DNA of 64,000 nucleotides from a virus (Duplodnaviria; Heunggongvirae; Uroviricota; Caudoviricetes): IMG/VR virus record IMGVR_UViG_3300045988_149737; one strand, 5' to 3'. Shown piece by piece: positions 47,914 to 56,699 of this stretch (position 1 is its first letter; each line of letters starts with the position of its first letter). The notes under the pieces were generated by a model. It saw only the letters and a program-made list of their open reading frames with translations, ran no database searches and was not told where the DNA came from. The position numbers and the translations under genes were made by a program.

Positions 47914-48386
47914 AGATGATCGCTGCTGTTGGCCGTAACTATGAGATCGGCATAGCGAATGAACTCCCCTGGCGTTGTTCTACCGATCTGAAGCTATTTA
48001 AGAGACTCACCAAAAACGCCACTGTCGTTATGGGGCGTAAAACGATGGAAAGTCTCAAACGCCCTCTTCCAGAGCGTCATAACCTCGTTTTGACGCGCTC
48101 TCATGGCTTTGTACCAAATGGATTCTACCCTGCTGGTGTGGATGATGTGTTGCGATTACCAGAGCCTGTGTGGGTGATTGGCGGGGAACAAATTTACTCG
48201 CTATTCATGCCGCATGTTGAAGAGATTTGGCTCTCCCACATCGGCGTTGATGTACCAAACGCCGATGCATTCTTCCCGGCAAGCATGATGCGTAACTTAG
48301 GCTTTGTGCCTGTTGAAACAGCTTATACCCAACGAGCCAGCGAGGAAGAGCCTGGCTTTTCGCAGATCGTATACAGAAGGTCGTAA
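47910..48386 (+). CDS. folA: dihydrofolate reductase
   Basis: MKMIAAVGRNYEIGIANELPW N-terminus, 158 aa, follows thyA. Confidence 0.8.
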   Translation: MKMIAAVGRNYEIGIANELPWRCSTDLKLFKRLTKNATVVMGRKTMESLKRPLPERHNLVLTRSHGFVPNGFYPAGVDDVLRLPEPVWVIGGEQIYSLFMPHVEEIWLSHIGVDVPNADAFFPASMMRNLGFVPVETAYTQRASEEEPGFSQIVYRRS

Positions 48387-49030
48387 TGGATTACCGGATT
48401 GGGATCACTGGTGCTCAGGGCAGTGGGAAAACAACCCTGGCTAAATATATCGACAAACATTACGGAATCCCTTACGTGGATGCTGGTGTCGGAAGTTTGA
48501 TGAGCCGCCTCGGTGTTCGAGTAGGTGATTCTATGCCTCTATATGAGCGGCTTCAGATTCAAATGGAAATAGCAAAGCATATAGAGCTACTTACGCGTGG
48601 TGTTGAAGGCTTTGTTATCGATCGCACACCTGCTGATGTTATGGCCTACACGTTGGATTTGGTCGGCCATACCAATGAAGATCGGTGTATTGAGTTAGCC
48701 CTCGATATCGAAAAGTTTTGCCACAAAACTGCTATTTCAAACTTTAACGCCATTGCTGGCTTACGCCCGGGAGTCGCTCTCTCAGAGCGAGATTACTTGC
48801 GATCACAACGAGCATCATTAGACCGTCTGTATGTCGCTCGTATTGATGCGTTGATGTGCGGGGAACTGACAAAAATTCACCTGCATCCGCAAAGGGGAGA
48901 TCTGCAAACCTTCGTCGTTTCCAACCGATATCGCACAGTTGAAGCAAGAGCCAGATCAGTAATGAGAATGCTCGATAACGCGGTAGAAAAGATAGAAAAC
49001 CTCTTCTGTGGCCGAGTGACCGTTCATTAG
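48386..49030 (+). CDS. P-loop (deoxy)nucleotide kinase
   Basis: Walker A ITGAQGSGKTT, then VIDRTPAD. Confidence 0.55.
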   Translation: MDYRIGITGAQGSGKTTLAKYIDKHYGIPYVDAGVGSLMSRLGVRVGDSMPLYERLQIQMEIAKHIELLTRGVEGFVIDRTPADVMAYTLDLVGHTNEDRCIELALDIEKFCHKTAISNFNAIAGLRPGVALSERDYLRSQRASLDRLYVARIDALMCGELTKIHLHPQRGDLQTFVVSNRYRTVEARARSVMRMLDNAVEKIENLFCGRVTVH

Positions 49031-49091
49031 AAATTGTTCGCCTCTTCGACATTGCGACAATAAAACTCTCAAAATGGGTTAAGGATAAAAA

Positions 49092-49511
49092 ATGTTTAGT
49101 GAAATGTTGCTTGAAGATGAACTGGATCGGAAAACAACAGAGGCTTTGATTCGTGTAGCGGACGAACATTCCCGGTCGCTTATGAGCGATCGAGAGGCTC
49201 GTCTGGCTATTCGTGCCATATTCGAAACTGTGCAGGGGCTTGTTGGCGCACAAGTAGGTGAAGCCATTAACATCGCCATGTCTCAGTTCAGTGAAGACAG
49301 TAAAAAGCCTCTGTTTCCTATGCATTTGATGCTGGCTGGTGGCACGGTGCTTTATATCTCTGTTTGTCTGGATAGCAACCAAATCAACATTCTCAACACG
49401 GCGTCAGGTAAGTGGAAAGATCCGGTTGTCTGTGAAACCAGTGAAGAAACTTTGAAAAAAGCGGCTCAATTTGTACGTAGCGCACTACTTAAGGGCGCTA
49501 AGAAGTTGTAA
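49092..49511 (+). CDS. hypothetical protein
   Basis: 139-aa ORF. Confidence 0.4.
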   Translation: MFSEMLLEDELDRKTTEALIRVADEHSRSLMSDREARLAIRAIFETVQGLVGAQVGEAINIAMSQFSEDSKKPLFPMHLMLAGGTVLYISVCLDSNQINILNTASGKWKDPVVCETSEETLKKAAQFVRSALLKGAKKL

Positions 49512-49520
49512 GGAGTTCTG

Positions 49521-50078
49521 ATGACAACGATTGTTGCAGGCATCGATATCGAGTCTACGGGACTGGATTTCCTTGCTGGTCATAAAATTATTGAAATCGC
49601 AATTACCCGCTATGAACTGGAGACACAGAGACATATTGATAGTCTGGAGATGCGTTTTAACCCTCGCAGAAACATAGATCCGAAAGCTCAAGCCGTTCAT
49701 GGCATTTCATTGGAACAGCTCGCAGCTGAACCTTTGTTGTCAAATCATGCCAGCGAAATTGGCGCTTATATGGGGGCATGTAGTGCGTGGATTGCTCATA
49801 ACGGCGAAGCGTTTGATATACCATTTATTCGACACGAGTTTTCAGGGTATGGAGTAAGACTGCCAGACGTTCCTGTTATAGATACTATGTTATCGGGATT
49901 GTGGGCCACAGAAGACGGTAAACGTCCACGCCTTGAAGAGTTGGCCTTCTCTCTTGGCTTTATATACGATCATGCCAAAGCACATAGTGCCTTATATGAC
50001 ACAAAATTAATGATGCAATGCTTCTTTAAGGCACGTAATAAGTACGGATTTTTTAAATTACCCTCTGAAATTGTGTAA
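49521..50078 (+). CDS. DnaQ-like 3'-5' exonuclease (DEDDh)
   Basis: Exo I IDIESTGL, Exo II HNGEAFDIPF, Exo III H....YD (HSALYD). Confidence 0.7.
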   Translation: MTTIVAGIDIESTGLDFLAGHKIIEIAITRYELETQRHIDSLEMRFNPRRNIDPKAQAVHGISLEQLAAEPLLSNHASEIGAYMGACSAWIAHNGEAFDIPFIRHEFSGYGVRLPDVPVIDTMLSGLWATEDGKRPRLEELAFSLGFIYDHAKAHSALYDTKLMMQCFFKARNKYGFFKLPSEIV

Positions 50079-50082
50079 AACA

Positions 50083-50122
50083 AAAGCCTACTTTAAAAAG
50101 TTTAAAGTAGGCTTTCTTTTAA
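50083..50122 (+). terminator. rho-independent terminator
   Basis: AAAGCCTACTTTAAAaagTTTAAAGTAGGCTTT then CTTTT. Confidence 0.7.
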
Positions 50123-50236
50123 AGAACAGTCGCCTTTCAATCATTTCCTGCCTGTATTTAATACTTTTCCGCCTGATAGGTTTAGTCAAAATGTAGCCAT
50201 CGAAACGCAAATGTAACCAAACAGAAGGAGACTTAC

Positions 50237-51046
50237 ATGAGTTCGGTTGAAAATGTAATGACAAATGATGATCTGGACGAGCTGACAGCCATGTTGCAAT
50301 CACTTGATGAACCAGTAAAAAAAGCTGCACAGGTTGAAAATACTGATGATATTGACGATCTGCTGCTCGGCCTAGATGCTGGCGTAGCCATGAGTTCTGA
50401 TGATGTTGCCGAAGAACTGTTCAATGAAGAAAAAGCAGGTGATTTCAGCTCTGCTTTAAATGAGTTGGAGTTAGCGCATGAGCCTATAAACGTAATTAAC
50501 GCTGAAAGTGTTGAAGCTGCCGAAAACGAGCCAGAACAATTGGGATTTATTGAGGTTGAAGAGTGTGTTGAGGTTAATGATGAATTAAAAGTTCAACAGT
50601 CAAATGATAGCAATACAAATAAAAAAGCTCGTACTGCAAGAGGTCCTCGTTTTACTTTAAGTGATAAAGATGATTCGTTTTTCAATAAAGCGGGCTTAGA
50701 AAAAGATATTTTCTTAGACGCTTACGATAACGCGCCTGTCAAAGCAAAGGATAAGATATTAAACCTTCTTAATTGGTTTAGCGGAGGTCCAGATATTAGT
50801 GTTTACACGGTAATTTCCATGAGACACCTTCTCACAGAAAAGAAGGCTACAAGTAATAGTATTAAGATTGCTTTAATGAGCAATCCAGAAAAACCGTATC
50901 CGCTTAACACTGCGTCAACTCAGGCTGGGCAAATGATGGCTGTATTTCCAGCGACAAGAATTGCTGTTAGAGACGGTGGAAATCTAACATTGAACGAAGA
51001 ATCACCGATCGTTAAGAAGTTTGTCGCGGAGTACACTATTGGATGA
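50237..51046 (+). CDS. highly acidic protein
   Basis: 269 aa; N-terminal two-thirds D/E-rich. Confidence 0.45.
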   Translation: MSSVENVMTNDDLDELTAMLQSLDEPVKKAAQVENTDDIDDLLLGLDAGVAMSSDDVAEELFNEEKAGDFSSALNELELAHEPINVINAESVEAAENEPEQLGFIEVEECVEVNDELKVQQSNDSNTNKKARTARGPRFTLSDKDDSFFNKAGLEKDIFLDAYDNAPVKAKDKILNLLNWFSGGPDISVYTVISMRHLLTEKKATSNSIKIALMSNPEKPYPLNTASTQAGQMMAVFPATRIAVRDGGNLTLNEESPIVKKFVAEYTIG

Positions 51047-51229
51047 CGTTCCCCTACTGAAAATAAAGCCCATAGAGAGCTTTATATTGCTGGGTAAGCC
51101 AATCACATACCCAGCACCACAAAAACGCGCCAGAGAGCTTCTCGTTTGCATTTCTGGCGCGTTTTATTTGATTGCCAGACATAAAATCAAATGCAAAAAT
51201 AGGTAATCACTTACCTATCGAGAAAGAAG

Positions 51230-51823
51230 ATGATTGCAGCCGAAAAAATCAAACAGCGAAAGCGCGACAACTCTCTTCGTGACCTCTGGAGAACACCTGA
51301 CTGGCTGTTTTCTGCCATTCAACGTTATCTTGGGGTGACATTTGATGTTGACGTTGCCTGCAACAAGGACAATGCAAAGCTGCCTAATTTCATAGGCGTT
51401 GAGCGTGATGCTTTGAAATCTGAATGGGGACAGCCAGGTACAATTGCCTTCCTCAATCCCCCCTACTCCAAAATCTCCCCCTGGATTGATGCGGCTATAC
51501 GTGAGCAGGCTCGCGGAGTTACAACAGTGATGCTAATTCCTCAATCCCTAGATACAAAGTGGTATGAGCGTGCAACAGAGTGTGCGAATGAGACGATTAT
51601 TCTGTCTGGTGGCCGCGTAGCGTTTGTCGAGCCTGACGTCAATCTGGGTCAGGTAGAAGTAAACATCAACCCAGGTGGCAGTATGCTCGTTGTTTTTCGA
51701 GGATTCTGTCAGGACGCTGGGCACTCTATAAGCAAGATCCCTTTGGACGTCATGAAAAGTCTGGGAGGGTATGATCCTGCGAATGTGATCAGGAAAAAAA
51801 GACCATCAAAGAAGGCTGCTTAG
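51230..51823 (+). CDS. DNA N6-adenine methyltransferase (phage Dam-like)
   Basis: FLNPPYS catalytic motif in a compact 197-aa protein. Confidence 0.65.
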   Translation: MIAAEKIKQRKRDNSLRDLWRTPDWLFSAIQRYLGVTFDVDVACNKDNAKLPNFIGVERDALKSEWGQPGTIAFLNPPYSKISPWIDAAIREQARGVTTVMLIPQSLDTKWYERATECANETIILSGGRVAFVEPDVNLGQVEVNINPGGSMLVVFRGFCQDAGHSISKIPLDVMKSLGGYDPANVIRKKRPSKKAA

Positions 51824-51845
51824 TTTGTTCTGGCGTCTGTAATTA

Positions 51846-51902
51846 GCCTGCTTCTGTATATATAAATAACTACATATTAATTATTAATATACGGAAGCAG
51901 GC
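51846..51902. repeat. 56-bp inverted-repeat hairpin element, copy 2 of 2
   Basis: GCCTGCTTCTGTATATATAAATAA ... TATACGGAAGCAGGC; matches copy at 5206-5261. Confidence 0.6.
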
Positions 51903-52008
51903 TGTTTTGTATCAGAGACTCCAGACCTGAACATCACTACAGAATCCACTAGAACCCCTTCCCAGACGCTTTAAAATCGATTTTATGAATCACTTTAAGG
52001 AAACTAAC

Positions 52009-52239
52009 ATGTCATACCCGACTAATGTCGTTGCGCTCGTAGAGAGCGATTTTCTGGCCCAGGCCCGTGAAATGATGAAAGATCGCGAGCAGGCTTTCAA
52101 CTTGTACGAATGGGCAATTAAGTGCTTGCATCTTGGGGAGCATCGCGAACTTGTTGAACAGCTTTTAGGTGAGTTGATTAACGAGGTGTTTGCCTTGAAT
52201 GTTCAACTACATGGTCGAGAAAATAATCAATCGAAATGA
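52009..52239 (+). CDS. hypothetical protein
   Basis: Track ORF 51985..52239; ATG 52009 has AAGGAAACTAAC upstream. Confidence 0.4.
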   Translation: MSYPTNVVALVESDFLAQAREMMKDREQAFNLYEWAIKCLHLGEHRELVEQLLGELINEVFALNVQLHGRENNQSK

Positions 52240-52261
52240 TAGATAAGTACAAACTATTCAT

Positions 52262-52740
52262 AAAGTGAATTGTAAGTGCTAAGATCTGATAGTTTCCAGT
52301 CGTAGACTGGAGACTCGACCTGATGGGTGGGGGATAGCGTCACTGGCGTCAGGTTTAAAAAAGCTCACTACCAGCGTAGAACCGGCACCGTTTAGGGGTT
52401 GGGGAAGGGGGAACCAAAGTGGGCAGAGAGAAGGGTCACTTTATGATTGTCGAGTCTGGAGTGTTTAGAGAGGTTGAATCCAGTGCTCCCCTTCATAAAG
52501 TGTGGGAAGATCTCGGTTCTGGGGTGCTGTCATCCATAACTTCCCAAGTCTAAGCTGGCAGTAGACTTAGGCCATAACTTTTCAGGTTATGAAACGACCA
52601 GGTTGGTGAGGGATTTTTATACTCACCTCCCTGGGAGAGTATTACCTGAAAAGACAACCTCTCACTTCGTTCGAGGTGAACTTCACTCACTTCGTTCGTT
52701 CAGTTCAGGTTTATAAAAACCTGTTCTGGGAAGTAATTTG
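52262..52740 (+). ncRNA. ORF-free structured region, candidate ncRNA or cis-element
   Basis: No ORF of 60 aa or more on either strand; nested stem-loops including a 35-bp imperfect hairpin 52576-52653; ends with CAGGTTTataaAAACCTG plus T-rich run. Confidence 0.35.
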
Positions 52741-52824
52741 TTTATTTTAATAATTATTAACACGCACGCGTGTGCGCACGCGCGAGGAAAAAAAATCGGC
52801 GCGGCGCTTGATTCAGGAGTTTAT

Positions 52825-53418
52825 ATGACGACGAAGACACCAGCCCGATCGCAAGCAAAAACTCGCAAAAAAGCCAAAAACAAAAATTCTCCCCGCACCA
52901 ATTACACAACGCCTGTCGTAGAGTTCAATCCCCAGCTTAAAACCGTGAAAATCTTCAGTGATGGATCTTGCCTTAAAAATCCGGGTGGCCCGGGCGGTTA
53001 CGGTATCGTTCTTCAGTATCGTGGAGAGGAACGCGAGTTCTCAGATGGTTTTCATAGCACCACCAATAACCGCATGGAGATGATGGGGGCACTTATCGGG
53101 CTGGAGCGTTTGAAATATCCATGCAACGTTATTTTACACTCTGATAGCCAGTATCTGAAAAACGGCATGACACTGTGGATGAAATGGTGGAAACGCAATG
53201 GATGGATGACTTCTGACAAAAAACCGGTAAAGAATGTTGATCTGTGGAAGCGTCTGGATGAGGCTGCAAGTCGACATAATGTTCGCTGGAAGTGGGTTAA
53301 AGGTCACGCCGGGCATCGTGAAAATGAAATATGTGATCGACTCGCGAAGATCGCAGCTTTTTCCGCAGCAGATATGCCTCACAAGAAAGATATTGGTTTT
53401 GTTTACAACAAACGGTAG
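52825..53418 (+). CDS. rnhA: RNase HI with basic N-terminal extension
   Basis: [17 protein letters not shown]...[10 protein letters not shown]...HSDSQYL...[18 protein letters not shown] closely parallels E. coli RNase HI; ATG 52825 has CAGGAG RBS. Confidence 0.8.
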   Translation: MTTKTPARSQAKTRKKAKNKNSPRTNYTTPVVEFNPQLKTVKIFSDGSCLKNPGGPGGYGIVLQYRGEEREFSDGFHSTTNNRMEMMGALIGLERLKYPCNVILHSDSQYLKNGMTLWMKWWKRNGWMTSDKKPVKNVDLWKRLDEAASRHNVRWKWVKGHAGHRENEICDRLAKIAAFSAADMPHKKDIGFVYNKR

Positions 53419-53512
53419 GTAAGTGTTTACCTATCATTTTAAATCATGTATCTTATCGGCGTCAGGATGACAATGTGTCGGTAAGACACAGTTCCAGGAT
53501 GGAACGAGAAAG

Positions 53513-53534
53513 GCGGCTGGCGATTGCCAGCCGC
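53513..53534 (+). terminator. GC-rich stem-loop
   Basis: GCGGCTGGCgattGCCAGCCGC perfect 9-bp stem; weak T-run. Confidence 0.35.
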
Positions 53535-53563
53535 AACTCTTTCTGACACTGGATGGAGTCCAC

Positions 53564-54058
53564 ATGGCACGTCAAACCTATTTCACTTCTGCAACTAAAC
53601 GTCCTCGTTCACTACGTCAAATTTTGGCCGAATTATTTAGTGGTCGTGTTCTGTCACGTCTTGATGAACTGGAGACTACCGTTCGGTTGCTGAATGAACG
53701 TTTAGATAAGCAAGCGTCAGTTGTTGCGAACGTGGGGGCGATTGTTACCTCTGGTTCTTCACACCAAGCGAAAAATGCACGGCCTTTAGTGAAGGAGAAA
53801 AACAACAAGGACAGTTCGAATGGAAAATTTTCAAAGAAAGAGGCTGAAACCAATGGCCTACGTTCTCATTATAGTTTCACTGGCGACGGTAGCCGTTCCA
53901 GCCGGCCAGAGCCTTTTGATGCCGGGTTCACCCATCACCACACCTCCGTCGACGACAATTACCACCACTCCAGTAGAGCGACCTGTCACTCTGGATGGGA
54001 TGACGGTGGATGCGATACCTCAAGTTCATCCAGTTACTCAGGATCATGCTGTGACTAA
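53564..54058 (+). CDS. hypothetical protein, C-terminal half overlaps another ORF
   Basis: RBS GGATGGAG; first 85 aa protein-like, remainder low-complexity and overlapped by 53820..54071. Confidence 0.3.
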   Translation: MARQTYFTSATKRPRSLRQILAELFSGRVLSRLDELETTVRLLNERLDKQASVVANVGAIVTSGSSHQAKNARPLVKEKNNKDSSNGKFSKKEAETNGLRSHYSFTGDGSRSSRPEPFDAGFTHHHTSVDDNYHHSSRATCHSGWDDGGCDTSSSSSYSGSCCD

Positions 54059-54071
54059 GGCGGTTGTATGA
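53820..54071 (+). CDS. small Pro/Thr-rich membrane protein
   Basis: AAGGACAG RBS; TM segment; stop TGA overlaps ATG of next ORF (ATGA). Confidence 0.4.
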   Translation: MENFQRKRLKPMAYVLIIVSLATVAVPAGQSLLMPGSPITTPPSTTITTTPVERPVTLDGMTVDAIPQVHPVTQDHAVTKAVV

Positions 54072-54256
54072 ACTGGTTTTCAAATAACTTTGGAAAAATT
54101 TGGCTGGCAATTCTGGCCCTCATGGCCGCCGGTTGGGTATCGAACATTGTAAAACTCGTTTGCTCTGGTGATCTCCAGTTTCAGGCTGGTATGACCTTGG
54201 CTCGTGTTGTTGGGATTTTTGTTTTTCCGGTCGGTTCGGTACTTGGTTATTTCTGA
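54068..54256 (+). CDS. small membrane protein
   Basis: 62 aa, two hydrophobic segments; ATGA-coupled to previous ORF. Confidence 0.4.
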   Translation: MNWFSNNFGKIWLAILALMAAGWVSNIVKLVCSGDLQFQAGMTLARVVGIFVFPVGSVLGYF

Positions 54257-54349
54257 CGGTTGTTAGTGCATATGCATTGACCGTCTTTTCGTAAGCAATT
54301 CATGTAACTAGAAAACAACTTGTTTTAACAAATAACAAAAGGAAAGCAC

Positions 54350-54775
54350 ATGTTAGGTTTATTCAAAAAGAAAACTCGTAAAGCTGTTATCGAGGTCAAA
54401 AAAATGGAGAACCGAGATGCGGTTGAAGCCACCGTGTGGGGCGCGTACATGATCTCCTATGCCGATGGCACATGCGACGCAAAGGAAATTTCCATTCTTG
54501 AGAAAACAATTGCAGCTCTGCCTGCGTTTTCTCCGTTTGCTGGTGAGATTGCCCAAATGAGCGCCAATATCCGTGCTCAATACGAAGCCTCACCGCGCCG
54601 CGCTAATGCCCAGGCTTTACGTGAGCTGGCTGATGTGGCCGGGACTAATGATGCAGTAGATGTACTGTGTCTGTGCCTTGATATTGCCGACCAAGACGGT
54701 ATTGGCGAACAAGAAGAGCTGGCCCTGAAAAAGATCGCACAGGCGCTTCAGTTGTCACTGGATGCTTATCTCTAA
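54350..54775 (+). CDS. TerB-like domain protein
   Basis: Two-part ADG..D..E and ADQDG.I...E..AL.KIA pattern typical of TerB-family proteins; 141 aa. Confidence 0.45.
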   Translation: MLGLFKKKTRKAVIEVKKMENRDAVEATVWGAYMISYADGTCDAKEISILEKTIAALPAFSPFAGEIAQMSANIRAQYEASPRRANAQALRELADVAGTNDAVDVLCLCLDIADQDGIGEQEELALKKIAQALQLSLDAYL

Positions 54776-54933
54776 TGCTTGAGAGATTCCGGCTTGTGAC
54801 CGTCATTGCTCTTCTGGTGATGGCGGTGTTGGTGGATTTTACGGGAAAGATGATGTCTGTCATTTCTGATGGCGTCCTCATTGGTCTGGCGATCTACTTC
54901 GCTTATCCGCTAGTCCGTAAAGCAACGTGTTAA
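54775..54933 (+). CDS. small hydrophobic membrane protein (52 aa, below ORF-track cutoff)
   Basis: ATG overlaps TerB-like stop (TAATG); translated by hand: MLERFRLVTVIALLVMAVLVDFTGKMMSVISDGVLIGLAIYFAYPLVRKATC. Confidence 0.4.
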   Translation: MLERFRLVTVIALLVMAVLVDFTGKMMSVISDGVLIGLAIYFAYPLVRKATC

Positions 54934-54936
54934 TGA

Positions 54937-54965
54937 CAAGGGCCAAATGGCCCTTGTGTTTCGTT
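54937..54965 (+). terminator. rho-independent terminator
   Basis: CAAGGGCCaaatGGCCCTTG then TGTTTCGTT. Confidence 0.65.
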
Positions 54966-55072
54966 GACCGAAATAGAGAGTTTGCACCTTTACGTTTAGC
55001 TTGCTCCCCTTTTATGCCACATCACAATAAAGCCAATAAGAAAACAACTTGTTTAAGCATTAGGAAAAACAC

Positions 55073-55642
55073 ATGTGCAAGAAATGCAAAGCGATAGCTG
55101 ATGAACAAAACGCCTTATTCGAAGAAATGGATGCTAATGAACTGGTCAAAATGTTAGCCATTCTTCGAGGAATAGAAGACGTTTCCATATTTGAGAGAGT
55201 GGTTACAGCACTTAATTTTGAGTCCACCTTTGAAGAGCCAACTCAGGTTGTAGCTTTAGCACATCATTTCGGTGTTCATTATCTTGCTGAAAAAGAGCGC
55301 GCTGATAAGTTGCAGGCGACTTTGGATATGGTGAGCGAGACTCAACGAACTGATGACACTAACAAGAGTGAGGCGATTATTGCCAGCAAAGATCGTGAAA
55401 TTGCTGGGCTTAAATCCTCTCTAACGATGTTGATGTCTGCGTTCAATCTTATGTCTTCTCAGGCGGGTTATAAAATGCCATCACTAAACAGCGATGATCC
55501 GATGGCCGTTCGTCAGCTTTTGGGAGCAATGGCCGACCAACTCGACGACACAAAGAGTCGGCTTGAAGACATGATGCGTGAGTTAAGCCATCGACATAAC
55601 CTCGCAACACAGCCACACAAAGCCTTTCAAAGCTCTAATTGA
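55073..55642 (+). CDS. hypothetical protein
   Basis: 189 aa; GAAAACAACTTGTTTAA motif and AGGAAAAACACATG context upstream. Confidence 0.45.
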   Translation: MCKKCKAIADEQNALFEEMDANELVKMLAILRGIEDVSIFERVVTALNFESTFEEPTQVVALAHHFGVHYLAEKERADKLQATLDMVSETQRTDDTNKSEAIIASKDREIAGLKSSLTMLMSAFNLMSSQAGYKMPSLNSDDPMAVRQLLGAMADQLDDTKSRLEDMMRELSHRHNLATQPHKAFQSSN

Positions 55643-55697
55643 TCTGATATGGCCGCATGATCGGCCATATTGTGTTGATAAAAAACAAGGATGAAAA

Positions 55698-55979
55698 ATG
55701 GCATACGGTACAGGGATTTACAACAATAAAGGAATTAACGTTACTGGCTTCCTTACTCCTATTTTTTTTCTTGATCGATTTACTGCGTCATCAGGCTCTA
55801 AGACGTACTCCAATCCGCCACCGGGTAAATCGCTACATGCCGTGTGGTCATTGATGCCTCTTAACAACGACAACTACATTAATTTACCTGTTCCAACAGT
55901 TACTATTAATGGAAATACGGTTAGTTGGTCAAATTTATATACGGGGCTTGGTTCTTACATATACACATACTGGGGATAA
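55698..55979 (+). CDS. hypothetical S/T/N/Y/G-rich protein
   Basis: RBS AAGGATGA; 93 aa; compositionally distinct AT-rich segment. Confidence 0.4.
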   Translation: MAYGTGIYNNKGINVTGFLTPIFFLDRFTASSGSKTYSNPPPGKSLHAVWSLMPLNNDNYINLPVPTVTINGNTVSWSNLYTGLGSYIYTYWG

Positions 55980-55981
55980 TT

Positions 55982-56596
55982 ATGTTCGGGATGTCAATTA
56001 CTCAATCAGATGGAAGTTTGTGGATGAGTCCAGAATTTACTCCGCAAAATCTGATTAATAAAGGGACAATGTCTACATCTAAAGGTTCTGTTTTTCAAAC
56101 ATCAATCCCATCAAACAAATCATGCTTTTTCTTCATAAAAAGCAGTAATAAGGCGAACATGATGTTTATTCATGAGCATAGTAACGGATACAATGCTCTC
56201 AGATTGCATCAGGTAAATGGTAGCCCCGGAACAATAACAGTTTATGCTTTTTCTGATATGGTGTTACCACATTCTGGCTATGGCATTGCCATGTATAACA
56301 GCGCAGGCGCAATGGTGTATCACGGTGAGATGATGCCCCTTGATGCGAAACTTATCACTATTTCTGACCCTCAATTTACAATAGATATGGGGTATCCATG
56401 TGCGGTAATGCCTGCTATGGTTGGGGTATATAACTATAGACGAACCGATTACGACAGACCTGTCTATGTAACAATGACAGGTGCAACTGGAAACCAAGTA
56501 TATAACGGTCAATGGTATTCCGGTAATGTCACATGGGATATTAAGAAGATTTATACAAACAAAATTCTGGTGATAAATACCTCCAAGTATGATTAG
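55982..56596 (+). CDS. hypothetical beta-rich protein
   Basis: Track ORF 55925..56596; ATG 55982 after GGGGATAATT; about 205 aa. Confidence 0.4.
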   Translation: MFGMSITQSDGSLWMSPEFTPQNLINKGTMSTSKGSVFQTSIPSNKSCFFFIKSSNKANMMFIHEHSNGYNALRLHQVNGSPGTITVYAFSDMVLPHSGYGIAMYNSAGAMVYHGEMMPLDAKLITISDPQFTIDMGYPCAVMPAMVGVYNYRRTDYDRPVYVTMTGATGNQVYNGQWYSGNVTWDIKKIYTNKILVINTSKYD

Positions 56597-56699
56597 CCAA
56601 TGCCTTTATTTGAAGGATTGCCTGTTTATTTCTATTTAGTACCTTTTCATTTTTGAAATAATTGCACCATTAAACAAATCACTTCTTAATGGTGCAATT

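Noticed and set aside
52296-52460. tmRNA or retron msr/msd interpretation of the structured region before rnhA
   Set aside because: No tRNA-like T-arm/CCA 3' end and no tag-peptide reading frame for tmRNA; no reverse transcriptase gene in the window for a retron. Left as an unclassified structured region.
52761-52784. Alternating CA/CG tract as a possible CRISPR repeat or mini-array
   Set aside because: Single 24-bp tract with no spacer-repeat periodicity; read as a Z-DNA-prone palindromic tract in the rnhA leader.
55657-55854. 65-aa + strand ORF
   Set aside because: Its start lies inside the hairpin ATATGGCCGcatgatCGGCCATAT, and it overlaps the better-supported 55698..55979 ORF in another frame.
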